Numbered from the stretch's first letter, positions 1 to 9,784 are shown. The stretch is DNA of 64,000 nucleotides from Alphaproteobacteria bacterium CG_4_10_14_0_8_um_filter_37_21 (GCA_002791835.1 PFNE01000002.1:30456-94455), one strand, 5' to 3'. The notes: generated from the sequence alone by a model not told the origin. Translations and numbers: made by a program.

Positions 1-382
1 GTGCGTACAAGGTTTCAAAATCAGCTTTCAACCAAACAGATAAAGCACCTTCTTTAATAACTTCACGTGTTTCCTTATGAACAAACGATGTACCTCCTGT
101 AGCTAATACATGATGTGGTTCTGTAAGTAGGCGTGAAATAACCCGGCATTCACCGCTTTTAAAGGCATCATCACCAAAAAATTTTGCAATGTCATTTAAA
201 GGACAACCAGCAGCTTCTTCAACAGCAATGTCTGAATCATGAAAATCAAGTTCCAAGCGTTTAGCTAGGCGTTTTCCAATACTTGTTTTGCCGCAACCCA
301 TTAATCCGACTAAAACAATTGTTTTAGGTGGCATGAAACTAACAGTAACTGGTTTATGCTGCGTTGAATTTCCTTGAGTCAT
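1..382 (-). CDS. aroK: Shikimate kinase, 3' end cut by window edge
   Basis: Own minus-strand translation; the ORF is missing from the track because it runs off the window. Sequence: MPPKTIVLVGLMGCGKTSIGKRLAKRLELDFHDSDIAVEEAAG...VLATGGTSFV. It has the P-loop GxxGxGKT/S and AroK-like motif order. ATG at 334; an in-frame ATG at 382 would add 16 aa, so the start is uncertain. Confidence 0.8.
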   Translation of the reverse strand, partial: MTQGNSTQHKPVTVSFMPPKTIVLVGLMGCGKTSIGKRLAKRLELDFHDSDIAVEEAAGCPLNDIAKFFGDDAFKSGECRVISRLLTEPHHVLATGGTSFVHKETREVIKEGALSVWLKADFETLYA

Positions 383-645
383 AACGTGTAAGGTTCCTAT
401 AAAATGTTTTTTGTATAACTTTCGTACATGTGTTCAATAACAAATCTAAGAATAACAAATTTTTCCTCTTAATACCAGCATCTGCCCAAGTATTTTTATA
501 CTGCTGGGTAAAAAGAATCCATTAATGCCCATCCTATAGATAAAATTTATGTGATTAATTTAAGGTGTGTGTGTGAAGGTTTATGATAGATTTTACCGAT
601 ATACTCCCCAGTTCCTAAATAACATGACACATAGTTTTTTTATCT

Positions 646-661
646 TGGCACGCTTTATGCA
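646..661 (+). promoter_or_regulatory. Putative sigma-54 (-24/-12) promoter of the flgFGAH operon
   Basis: TGGCACgctttATGCA matches the consensus TGGCAC-N5-TTGCW with GG and GC at canonical spacing and one mismatch. It lies about 37 nt upstream of the flgF ATG. Rod/ring flagellar operons are sigma-54 dependent in Caulobacter-type alphaproteobacteria. Confidence 0.6.
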
Positions 662-697
662 TAAAGAATAACAAGAAGGTCAAAAAATGGTTTATGA

Positions 698-1450
698 ATG
701 CCAGAAATTGTTAAAAACTCTCAATTTTCTGTAAAACGTCTCAGCAGCGTGATTGTTGCTGCACAAGATGTTTTAACACAAAAACTAAATGTGATTGCCA
801 ATGCTCTTTCCAATACAGGAACCACTGGGTTTAAGTGTTCTTTTTTAAGAACTAAAGAAACAGAACATGCAAGCCCTGATGGCACAAAAGTATCTTACCC
901 ACAAGTTGCCGGCACAATGTATGACTTTTCTCAAGGCGGCACCAAAACAACAGGTGAACAAACACATGTTGCCTTAATGGGAAAAGGGTTTTTCAAGGTG
1001 CAGACACAAGCAGGCACAAAATATTCACGAAATGGTGAATTTTCAATAAACGCTAAAAATGAACTTATTGACAGTGTTGGAAATTTGATTTTATCAGATA
1101 AAAATTCACCGATTGTTTTTCCAGAAAATGCTGGGACGATATCAATTGATAATAAAGGTGTTGTCAGTGTGAATGGCGAAAAAGTCGACAAATTGGGCAT
1201 AATAAATTTTAAAAATGAGAAACTTTTAAAAGCTTACGGCAATAGTTTTTTTGACACAGAGCAAGCAGAAACACCCTCAGATGCTCTTGTATCTCAAGGC
1301 GTTTTAGAACTTTCTAATGTTTCATCTATGCAAGAACTTGTGAATATGATGGAAGTTGAACAACGTTTTATGAATTTACAAAAATCATTAGATGAATATG
1401 ACAAAAGTATAAAAAGAACAATCAGTGCCGATAAAGGCACTTCAGCTTAA
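698..1450 (+). CDS. flgF: Flagellar basal-body rod protein FlgF
   Basis: 250 aa. N-terminal rod motif (VIANALSNTGTTGFK) and a C-terminal SNV..ELVNMMEVEQRF motif typical of Flg rod proteins. First gene of an F-G-A-H block. Confidence 0.75.
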   Translation: MPEIVKNSQFSVKRLSSVIVAAQDVLTQKLNVIANALSNTGTTGFKCSFLRTKETEHASPDGTKVSYPQVAGTMYDFSQGGTKTTGEQTHVALMGKGFFKVQTQAGTKYSRNGEFSINAKNELIDSVGNLILSDKNSPIVFPENAGTISIDNKGVVSVNGEKVDKLGIINFKNEKLLKAYGNSFFDTEQAETPSDALVSQGVLELSNVSSMQELVNMMEVEQRFMNLQKSLDEYDKSIKRTISADKGTSA

Positions 1451-1466
1451 TTAAAGGAACCAATTC

Positions 1467-2258
1467 ATGTTAAATAGCGCACTACAGGTTGCCGTTTCAG
1501 GGTTAAAAGCAGCAGAAGGTCGTTTACATACATCGGCATCTAACTTAGCGAACTTAAATTCGGTTGCAGGTAAAAAAACACACCTACTTGTAACGGATCG
1601 ATCTTACAGAAACTTAGTAACACCTGGTTCTAGTACATCAGAATCGGGCACCATTAATCCAACTGGCTATCAACTTGGTACAGGTGTTCAAATTATTGGA
1701 AACTACCAATCATTTTCACAAGGCACACGTATTGATACAGGACGCGCTCTTGATATTTTTATAGATGGCGATGGTTTTTTGCCCATAACTTTACCGAGTG
1801 GGGACACCGCTTATACGCGTGTTGGCAATTTACAAGTCAATAATAACGGAGAACTTGTGATGCCCGGAACAGGTTATATCGTGCAACCAGGTATTACGTT
1901 TCCAGCAGATACGATTGATATAGATATAAGCGCAACGGGTGAAGTATCCGTCACAACAACAGGTGGTACGCAATCATCAATTGGGCAACTACAACTTGCA
2001 ACCTTCTTAAATCCATCGGGACTTAAATATAATGGCAGCGGTATGTATCAAAATTCAGGTGCATCAGGAGAAGCCGTTTTAGCGAATCCAGGCAGTGGAA
2101 AACATGGCGGTTTAATTCAAAAATCACATGAAGGGTCTAATATACAAGCTGTTGATGAAATGGTTGAACTTGTGCAAATTGAAAAAGATTATAATGCGAT
2201 CACGAAAGTACTGAAAACAGGGGAAAAAATGTGGGAGGCTAGCAATGCAATTGTTTAA
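1467..2258 (+). CDS. flgG: Flagellar distal rod protein FlgG
   Basis: 263 aa. N-terminal rod motif (ASNLANLNS), C-terminal GSNIQAVDEMVELVQIEKDYNAITKV motif, and FlgG-like size. Confidence 0.75.
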   Translation: MLNSALQVAVSGLKAAEGRLHTSASNLANLNSVAGKKTHLLVTDRSYRNLVTPGSSTSESGTINPTGYQLGTGVQIIGNYQSFSQGTRIDTGRALDIFIDGDGFLPITLPSGDTAYTRVGNLQVNNNGELVMPGTGYIVQPGITFPADTIDIDISATGEVSVTTTGGTQSSIGQLQLATFLNPSGLKYNGSGMYQNSGASGEAVLANPGSGKHGGLIQKSHEGSNIQAVDEMVELVQIEKDYNAITKVLKTGEKMWEASNAIV

Positions 2259-2961
2259 ATATTTACTTTGTTTGCTTTTATTAGTGCAACCTGTTGTGTC
2301 AAATTTTAAAGAAGAGCAGGGCGCTGACAAAGGCAGTGTACATGCTGAAGTGCTATCGCTTTTAAATGCTGAAATTTCACAAAAAGTTAATGTTACAGAT
2401 TTTGGTATAAAACTAGATAACTGGACATCATCTTGGGAATCTGACAAAGTTCAATGTTTAAAGTTGAAGGATTTGAAAATTAGCCATAATCAAACACGCT
2501 TTGCTGCACAAATTGATGGTTTTAAAACAACAAAAAGGTTGTTTGGAAAAGTTGAATGGTATATAGACGTACCTGTTTTAAACAGAATGCTTCGCCCAGG
2601 TGAAGAAATTCAGGCAGATGATATCATCCTTCAAAAAATTGAATCACATAAAATAAATGCCTTTCATCTAACAGATGCAGGTCAACTTATAGGCATGATT
2701 GGCCGCCACAGTGTTCTAAAACCTGGTGTACTCTTAACAAAAAGCGACGTTCAGGCGCCAATGGTCGTTAAACGGGGTGCTGTTATGCGGGTTACGCTAA
2801 AAAAGGGTTCTTTAACTGTTAGTAACAAAGGTATTGCCTTAAAAGATGCGGCACGTGATGCAACGATTCCAATAGAAATGATGAACAACAATGGTAAAAA
2901 AGATAAAAAGACAGTATATGCTGTCGTATTATCATCAGAAAACGCAGAAATAAGGTTATGA
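2245..2961 (+). CDS. flgA: Flagellar P-ring assembly chaperone FlgA-like
   Basis: 238 aa with a signal peptide (LLCLLLLVQPVVS). The C-terminal region is FlgA/SAF-like (KRGAVMRVTLKKGSLTVSNKGIALKDA). It overlaps the flgG stop and sits between flgG and flgH, as does Caulobacter flaD. Confidence 0.6.
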   Translation: MQLFKYLLCLLLLVQPVVSNFKEEQGADKGSVHAEVLSLLNAEISQKVNVTDFGIKLDNWTSSWESDKVQCLKLKDLKISHNQTRFAAQIDGFKTTKRLFGKVEWYIDVPVLNRMLRPGEEIQADDIILQKIESHKINAFHLTDAGQLIGMIGRHSVLKPGVLLTKSDVQAPMVVKRGAVMRVTLKKGSLTVSNKGIALKDAARDATIPIEMMNNNGKKDKKTVYAVVLSSENAEIRL

Positions 2962-2965
2962 AATT

Positions 2966-3724
2966 ATGAATATTCATAAAATTAAAACACACATCTTATT
3001 GCTAAGCACATGCTGTCTACTAAGTGGATGTATGGCTGAAAAAATGTCAGAAATTGGCGATGGACCAAAGATAAGTCAAATTCAAAATCCAACTATGGCA
3101 CATGGTTATGCACCGGTAAGCATGCCAATGCCAGCACCATCACAGCCTGAACACCATATTAATTCATTATGGCAAATTGGTTCAAAAGCATTTTTTAAAG
3201 ACCAACGTGCAGGCAAAATTGGAGATATTGTAACCGTTGCTGTGCTGATTGATAACAAGGAATCCACAAGCTTTACGCCTTCAATGTCTAAAGAAACAAA
3301 GACTGATGCAAGCCTTGGTAATTTTTTAGGATTACAGAGCCAGGTAAAACGCATTTTACCGCATAAATTTTCTGATAATTTACCAACAAAGTGGCTTGAT
3401 TCAACCTCAAAACCATCGCATTCAGGAAGTGGCAAATATAATCTTGAAGACAAAATGAAATTCAAAATTTCTGCAACCATTATACAAATTATGCCAAACG
3501 GTAATCTGGTCATACAGGGACACACTGAATTTAAGCTTATGAATGAAGTTAGAGAAGTTGAATTACGCGGTATTATTCGTCGTTCAGATATTCAGTCGAA
3601 TAATTCAATTTCAAGTGATAAAATTGCAGAGCTTCGCATTGTTTATGCAGGACGGGGCGATATTACGGATGTTGCCAATAAGCCTTGGGGTGTTCAGGCA
3701 GTTGAAAAAATAATGCCATTTTAA
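2966..3724 (+). CDS. flgH: Flagellar L-ring lipoprotein FlgH
   Basis: 252 aa with lipobox LLSGC. FlgH core motifs present: SLW...FFKDQRAGKIGDIVTV and GNLVIQG...EVREVELRGIIR. Confidence 0.85.
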   Translation: MNIHKIKTHILLLSTCCLLSGCMAEKMSEIGDGPKISQIQNPTMAHGYAPVSMPMPAPSQPEHHINSLWQIGSKAFFKDQRAGKIGDIVTVAVLIDNKESTSFTPSMSKETKTDASLGNFLGLQSQVKRILPHKFSDNLPTKWLDSTSKPSHSGSGKYNLEDKMKFKISATIIQIMPNGNLVIQGHTEFKLMNEVREVELRGIIRRSDIQSNNSISSDKIAELRIVYAGRGDITDVANKPWGVQAVEKIMPF

Positions 3725-3811
3725 AAGTAAAGAATGGTATTATTAACCCCAGGCATAAGATATTCAATGAGGTGAATAATATATATTATGGAAACAGTTG
3801 TGTAAGTTTAA

Positions 3812-5608
3812 TCAAGATAGACTGGAATTTAACTCATCTAACTCTAACCACCTTAGCTCCATAGACTCTTGCTTGTTTTTCATCTCTTCCAGACTAGCTG
3901 TTAATTTTTCAAACTCTTCTGGATTATTTAGATAAAGTTTTGGGTTATGCAGCTGTTCTTCTGTTTTTTGTATATCAGCTTCTAAACGTTTTAAGTCACC
4001 TGGAAAATTATCATAATCGCGCTGATCTTTATATGTTAGCTTATGACGTTTTGGAAGCGGCGTAATTTCCTTTTTTTCAGGCGCCTTTTCAGGCTCTAAT
4101 TTTGACGCCTTACCAATGAGCGTTGTCGCGCCAAATTTAGCTTCATAGTCACTGTAGCCACCAACACATTCTTTAACAGATCCATCTGGATGAATTGCAA
4201 ATACCGCCGTTACAAGCTGATCCATAAAATCACGGTCATGACTAATTAGAATTAAAGTGCCTTCATAGCTACTGAGCATACTAATAAGCAAATCTAAAGT
4301 ATCAGCATCCAGATCGTTTGTAGGCTCGTCTAATATAAGTACATTAGATTTTTGCGCTAATATTTTGGCAAGTTGTAGGCGGTTTTTTTCGCCACCTGAT
4401 AAAATGCTAATTTTTCCACGCGCTTGTTTATCATCAAACATAAATTGCTTTAGGTAACCAACCACGTGCATAGCACGACCTTGAACCTCTACAGAATCTC
4501 CACCTGTTGGACATAGATACTGCCACGGAGAATCATTGGGGTCCATTGCCTCACGCTCTTGCTGGAAATAAGCAATATCAATAGATTTACCTAGACGTAC
4601 ACGACCTATATCAGGCGTTAACTCACCGATCATCATTTTCAGAAGCGTTGACTTTCCTGCCCCATTTGGCCCAATGATACCAATACGATCTTTTTTAAAA
4701 ATACGCGTTGAAAAGGGGCCCAAAGATAGTGCATCTTTATATTTTTTTTCAATAGCAAAAGCTTCTGATACTAATTGACTTCCATACGCTTTTTCAGTAC
4801 TGGCCATTGTCATACTTTTAGGTAGATCTGACAAAAGATTTTTTCTTCGATCTCGCATTTCAATCAAGCGTTCTAATCGACCTTGATTACGTTTTCTACG
4901 GCCTGTAACACCGCGTTGTTTCCAGTGCTCTTCCATTTTTAATTTAGCGCGTACTTTTGTCATTTCTGACTTTTGATTTTGCTCAATCTCTTCTTGCCAC
5001 TGCTCAAAGTGTTTGTATGATCTGTTTGTACGCCTTAAATCACCACGATCAAGCCATACCATACTACGCGTTGTACGCCTTAAAAAATAACGATCATGAC
5101 TGATCATTATTAACGCGCCTTGATAATTATTTAAATAATCCTCTAACCATTGAATAGCTTCTATATCTAAGTGGTTTGTTGGTTCGTCAAGCAACAATAC
5201 ATCAGGGTTACCTGCCAAAGCCCGTGCGAGCAGTACGCGACGTTTTTGCCCACCTGACAACGTTTCAATAGCCCGACTAGCATCAATTTTTAAAGCTTCA
5301 AGCAGCATATCAGCAGCGTATTCTTCACCCGCTGTTTCCATCACAATTTCAAGTATGCTTTTACCCTGAGGCAAGTCCAGGTCTTGCGGTAAGTAATGTA
5401 CGGTTGTATTGGGCTTTTGGTAAAATTCACCAGCATCAAGTTCATAAATACCAGCTAAAACTTTTAAAAGTGTTGATTTCCCCTGCCCGTTTCGCCCAAT
5501 TAAACAGACATGGTCATTCTCTAGTATATTAATTTCCAACCCTTCAAACAAAGGTTTGGCACTAAAACTTAACAGACCATCATGAATGGTAAAAACAGGT
5601 AAGGTCAT
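3812..5608 (-). CDS. ABC-F family ATPase (Uup-like, two ABC domains, C-terminal coiled coil)
   Basis: 598 aa. Two Walker A motifs (GRNGQGKST, GPNGAGKST) and two signature motifs (LSGGQKRR, LSGGEKNR). No transmembrane domain; charged C-terminal tail. Confidence 0.85.
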   Translation of the reverse strand: MTLPVFTIHDGLLSFSAKPLFEGLEINILENDHVCLIGRNGQGKSTLLKVLAGIYELDAGEFYQKPNTTVHYLPQDLDLPQGKSILEIVMETAGEEYAADMLLEALKIDASRAIETLSGGQKRRVLLARALAGNPDVLLLDEPTNHLDIEAIQWLEDYLNNYQGALIMISHDRYFLRRTTRSMVWLDRGDLRRTNRSYKHFEQWQEEIEQNQKSEMTKVRAKLKMEEHWKQRGVTGRRKRNQGRLERLIEMRDRRKNLLSDLPKSMTMASTEKAYGSQLVSEAFAIEKKYKDALSLGPFSTRIFKKDRIGIIGPNGAGKSTLLKMMIGELTPDIGRVRLGKSIDIAYFQQEREAMDPNDSPWQYLCPTGGDSVEVQGRAMHVVGYLKQFMFDDKQARGKISILSGGEKNRLQLAKILAQKSNVLILDEPTNDLDADTLDLLISMLSSYEGTLILISHDRDFMDQLVTAVFAIHPDGSVKECVGGYSDYEAKFGATTLIGKASKLEPEKAPEKKEITPLPKRHKLTYKDQRDYDNFPGDLKRLEADIQKTEEQLHNPKLYLNNPEEFEKLTASLEEMKNKQESMELRWLELDELNSSLS

Positions 5609-5687
5609 AAAACAAACAAATCAACATCATAAAAAATCGTACCTGTTTCTACCACCAAATAGCAAGTTTCTATTTTATATAGAATTT

Positions 5688-6680
5688 CTAAATTAAAGAA
5701 AGGCTTCTTAAAATCCGTTTTAAAAGATCACGACTAGAATTTATCAAAACTTCTTGAACAAGATGAGGGGAGCTTGCGACCCAGCTTGCTGAAAATTCAG
5801 GATGAACACCGGAAAGAACAATATTACCAGCCTCCTGAATAACAACATTTAGACCAGATGCAGTTTCAGCAATCACGGCGGCTTTAGCGTGACCGTCGAA
5901 AGAACACCCCCCATTACAAAACACAGATGATCTTGGCTTACCTGCCTCCTGAATATAGGTTATCGGAAAGGAAACTCCATATTGAGAAAATTGATTTTTT
6001 TCAAACGCCACAAGTGGCCCAGATGCAATTGCTTGTGCTAAGCCAACACCTTCTCTTTCAATACAGATATTTCCTGGCATCGTGAACTTTGAGCTAGAGG
6101 ATAAAAAATATGCCCCCGCCCCAACACCAAGACACTTACCGCCACTAATTGCAAAATTTTTAATTTTTTCTTTCCCTAATGCTGTTAATTTTTCATGAAA
6201 TGGGGTTGCGGCACCACCAGGCATAATAAATAAATCACATCGCGCCACCTGTAGTTCTCCAGCTTGTATATCTGCTGCAGTTACAGGTCGTAAATCAAAA
6301 GTAGCAGAGAGTGCGCCAAATGCACGCTTCCACAGATCAACAGAATTTGGCATAACGCCATCATCATTATATAAGTATACTTTAGTTCGCTGCCTTACAT
6401 CAGCAAGATTAATGACGGGTAAAATATCATCACCCGTTTCGTAGGCATCTTGACGAGAGAGACGCCCAGATAAAAGTTCAGGAGAAAGCCCCTGCTCTTC
6501 TTCGGGTACAAATCTAGTATCATCATCTTTATTTTTATTTTCGCTTATTGATGACCGCTTATTGGCATAGTCAACAGGGCTTATGACAACCCCTAGGTCT
6601 TGGGCACATATACAACCTATCGTTAGAAATGGGGCGAATAAGTGATGTTGTTTTAATGTAAAAAATTTACGCAAACGCAT
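5688..6680 (-). CDS. Putative lipoprotein with a BPL_N / class-I glutamine-amidotransferase-like domain
   Basis: 330 aa. Signal peptide with a lipobox-like LTIGC. The core DLFIMPGGAATPF...ISGGKCLGVGAGAYF resembles the BPL_N pattern PGG...GGxYLGxCAGxY, but the elbow Cys position is Gly. Confidence 0.5.
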   Translation of the reverse strand: MRLRKFFTLKQHHLFAPFLTIGCICAQDLGVVISPVDYANKRSSISENKNKDDDTRFVPEEEQGLSPELLSGRLSRQDAYETGDDILPVINLADVRQRTKVYLYNDDGVMPNSVDLWKRAFGALSATFDLRPVTAADIQAGELQVARCDLFIMPGGAATPFHEKLTALGKEKIKNFAISGGKCLGVGAGAYFLSSSSKFTMPGNICIEREGVGLAQAIASGPLVAFEKNQFSQYGVSFPITYIQEAGKPRSSVFCNGGCSFDGHAKAAVIAETASGLNVVIQEAGNIVLSGVHPEFSASWVASSPHLVQEVLINSSRDLLKRILRSLSLI

Positions 6681-6774
6681 AAAAATAACTCCTTTGAATG
6701 ATAAAAAAACAAGATATTAGTACAAACAATATATTGAATTTATTAATATTTAGTTAACAAGATTTTTTTTCTTT

Positions 6775-7833
6775 CTATGCAGCAACTTCCCGACAAACAA
6801 TATCAACAAAACATGGTTTTTCTAAGGGTTTACCGACTGTTACCCATGAATTATGACCTAAAGAAAATTTTCTATTCAGGCGAAATGGCTTAATATTATA
6901 ACTTTGCACTTTAAACCTGAACTTAATGTTATAGTCTATCCCAACATAAAAAAGCGTTAAATCACGCAATACTTTATAATAAATACCCGTTACAGTATCA
7001 TCATCATTCTTAATTTTTGTTGGCATAAACTGGCTGATTTGTTTCCAGTTCATTGGCCCCATGTCAATGCGAATACCTGCAGATTGGTTCCATACTTTAT
7101 CACCAAGTATGACCTCTGTTCCAAGGGCGTTCATACGCCCTGTACGTTGTCCCAATTTTGTCAGTTCAGAATCTGGTGCACGTTCCCAGGCCCCTTGATA
7201 TTGATGTACCTCAACAGGCATATTAAAATGTGTTGATAACACTTTAACCAAACCATGTGCTGATCTTGGGCGCCGCCATAAAGCATCATGGTAACTTAAA
7301 ATTGTACGATCACTAACATGTACTTTATTACGAAAAGATTCGTTACCCATTCCACAAATACTTAACAAGCATTTTCCAATATGTGTTTGCGTTGGGTCTT
7401 TTTGTGAATATGAAATGAATGTCCGTTTTTTTAAACGATGCCAAATAGAAGCATAACGATGGTTGAATATATCTAGAAAGTCACGAAATCCGTTATCATG
7501 CTGACTGCTGCGCTCCATCAATAATTCTGTATATGGGGTTGGTAAAGGCCCTTGAACACCCGCTATACCCATAAAATTAATCCAAAGAACTGGCTGGGTT
7601 TGATTGGCACCTGGCAATGAAAAACTATGAATTTCAGAACTTGATGGCGACAAAGACACACGTGATTTTATGCATACAGCCTCTTTAGAGGGTGCTATTC
7701 CTTCGCCTAATGGCACGGCATTAGGGGTCATTTGCTGTAATAATTCTACCGCCTGATGAAAATCAAACTGAAAGGTATCTGATTTTAACGTGTCGTTTAT
7801 AGTGAAATTTGTGTTCCTGGCAAGGGCTTCCAT
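6775..7833 (-). CDS. tssG: Type VI secretion baseplate subunit TssG (ImpH/VasB family)
   Basis: 352 aa. The N-terminal F.FDFHQAVELLQ motif and the length fit TssG. It overlaps the tssF 3' end by 37 nt, so the start may be internal. Confidence 0.8.
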   Translation of the reverse strand: MEALARNTNFTINDTLKSDTFQFDFHQAVELLQQMTPNAVPLGEGIAPSKEAVCIKSRVSLSPSSSEIHSFSLPGANQTQPVLWINFMGIAGVQGPLPTPYTELLMERSSQHDNGFRDFLDIFNHRYASIWHRLKKRTFISYSQKDPTQTHIGKCLLSICGMGNESFRNKVHVSDRTILSYHDALWRRPRSAHGLVKVLSTHFNMPVEVHQYQGAWERAPDSELTKLGQRTGRMNALGTEVILGDKVWNQSAGIRIDMGPMNWKQISQFMPTKIKNDDDTVTGIYYKVLRDLTLFYVGIDYNIKFRFKVQSYNIKPFRLNRKFSLGHNSWVTVGKPLEKPCFVDIVCREVAA

Positions 7834-9623
7834 CGCATTATATCCTTTTGACGGTGATCATTTTTTAGTACGACTTCTACGAAAGAATTAATTCCCACGT
7901 GTAAGCCAAAATAGTGGCGCAAAATACAAGCAAGTAAGAACGTTGATCCTCCTGCATTGGTCGCATCATTCATAATTAACGTTACTTCTTGACCGCGAAC
8001 AAAACCACGCCATGCTTCATTATTAACGCGTCTTACAACAGGTTTAACTGAAATGTCTGTAATTGTTTCAATTTCAAAGTGTGACTGTTTTGATCCGCGC
8101 AAATAAAGACGAAGCATTTCGGCAAGCCCTGCAACTGATGCTGGGCCTGAAGTTAAGCCAATATGGTTAACAGAAAGTTGTGAAATTAATTTCCATAAAG
8201 TTTCCCCATCTTCTGGTGAATCTACTTGTGACACAGGTTTGTTTAAACAAACAATTTGTGACACAGGCAAAGCATCTTCTGCCGTTAAGGCGGCATTATA
8301 AGGAAGCTGTTCTGCAAGGTAACGGTTCGTACATAGGGTGTCAGCGTAAATAATTTGCTGGGCTGGTGTTTGCGCTGAAAAATTAATATCGACAAACGAT
8401 AAGTATACGTCACTGCCTGGCAAATCCCTAGCACTTGCGGAAGTACGTTTATGCGTCCAGTATACGGTATCCGGATTCAACATCGTATGATGACTAAAAC
8501 TATAATACGGTGACATTTCAATAGGATCAGCCTCGCCTTCAACTGAGCCTGAAATATTTAAAATAGAATATATTTCCGTCGTTTGATCTAAACGTTGATC
8601 GGGAATCAACCTATACTCTGTTTGTTTTTTATTAAGGCGAAAAGGATCCGTTGATTTTTTAAATAAGTTGACAATTGGCGTTGCCCCCAGTAAAAAATCT
8701 TCTTTTTTTAACTCAATTTCATGGATTGCACCTGGATCATTTATTGGAATATAAAGGTCTAATGTTTCAGATGCTAAATCAACAAGATCAAATGCTTTAA
8801 GTAAATCTTTTATTCTAAAAAAAAGAAATTTTTCGGGAAGATGAAAATATTCCTGAAGCAACTGATAGCTATGAATAGAATGCTCTCCCATGGGAAGAGA
8901 CATTTCATCGGCATCAAAACCAATTGGCTTTAAACTGCCCGCTGGAAGGGCGTGTATATTCTTACCATTGGTGCTAACAAAAGCTTGCTGTTCTGTTCTT
9001 GAAAAAATTAATTGATATAAAAGCAACGCGAGTTTTTTGTCTGCAGCTAAGTGAAAATCCACACTATCCATATGCATGTCTTTAAAATCAACACTGGTAG
9101 ATTTTAACTTTATATGTATAGCCCAATCAGATTGCAAAGGCTGGCCGCAAGCTGATAGTCTATTTGCAGCAACAACAGCAACATGATCAACCTCAATAGG
9201 CCAAAGTGTCACAGGGTAAACAGTTGTAAACGTGCAATCAATCCCCTCCATTGCAGAGGCGTTTAACCTAGTGCCCTTAGGTACTTTAAAGCCTGTTGTT
9301 AAATTTCCACGACTGGGTTCTGCTTGCAAATGTGCAATACCCATTGACGGTACGGGATTGACCAAGTGGGGATATAAAATATTGAGAAGCGCTGACGCTG
9401 TCTGAGGGTGCTGGTCTTCTATTTCTTTTGATATACGGCCACTTAAAAATGCAAAAGATTCAAGTAATCTTTCCACATGTGGATCTGGTGACTCGCTATC
9501 TGAAAGTTCAAGTCTTCTGGCAATTTTTGGATATTGACGCGAAAAATTACGACCTGCATTACGTAAATAATCTAATTCACGATTATAATAATATAAAAGT
9601 TGTTCACGTGATGAATTTGCCAA
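7797..9623 (-). CDS. tssF: Type VI secretion baseplate subunit TssF (ImpG/VasA family)
   Basis: 608 aa. The N-terminus LLYYYNRELDYLRNAGRNFSRQYPKIARRL...PDPHVERLLESFAFLSGRI...LYPHLVNPVPSM is the hallmark TssF signature. Confidence 0.9.
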   Translation of the reverse strand: MANSSREQLLYYYNRELDYLRNAGRNFSRQYPKIARRLELSDSESPDPHVERLLESFAFLSGRISKEIEDQHPQTASALLNILYPHLVNPVPSMGIAHLQAEPSRGNLTTGFKVPKGTRLNASAMEGIDCTFTTVYPVTLWPIEVDHVAVVAANRLSACGQPLQSDWAIHIKLKSTSVDFKDMHMDSVDFHLAADKKLALLLYQLIFSRTEQQAFVSTNGKNIHALPAGSLKPIGFDADEMSLPMGEHSIHSYQLLQEYFHLPEKFLFFRIKDLLKAFDLVDLASETLDLYIPINDPGAIHEIELKKEDFLLGATPIVNLFKKSTDPFRLNKKQTEYRLIPDQRLDQTTEIYSILNISGSVEGEADPIEMSPYYSFSHHTMLNPDTVYWTHKRTSASARDLPGSDVYLSFVDINFSAQTPAQQIIYADTLCTNRYLAEQLPYNAALTAEDALPVSQIVCLNKPVSQVDSPEDGETLWKLISQLSVNHIGLTSGPASVAGLAEMLRLYLRGSKQSHFEIETITDISVKPVVRRVNNEAWRGFVRGQEVTLIMNDATNAGGSTFLLACILRHYFGLHVGINSFVEVVLKNDHRQKDIMRWKPLPGTQISL

Positions 9624-9784
9624 AATTACTCCATAGCTTAAGCTGTAAAAAAAGCCCCATGTAAAATGGTAGCGCAGTTTATGTTTTGTAGCAACGGGGT
9701 GCTGTTGGTTATGTCTTTTAATAAAAATTTAGCTGACAAAACTTAAGTATATATTGTGAAAAAACAAATAAAGGTTAATTTTTT

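Noticed and set aside
931-1200. Many track ORFs lie antisense to, or out of frame within, well-supported genes. Examples: 931-1200, 2124-2447, 3106-3525, 7039-7236, 12278-12625, 13829-14140, 26361-26879, 29961-30293, 37888-38688, 40068-41975, 56092-56699, 58497-59202.
   Set aside because: Each is fully embedded in a longer ORF with clear family motifs on the other strand or frame. Their sequences are low-complexity or Cys/Phe/Leu-rich, as expected for shadow ORFs in AT-rich DNA. None has motifs or an RBS.
9666-9746. 26-codon hydrophobic mini-ORF as a type I toxin.
   Set aside because: There is no SD and no recognisable antitoxin RNA arrangement, and the peptide is not clearly a single TM helix with a charged tail. 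I kept it only as one possible explanation for the orphan terminator.
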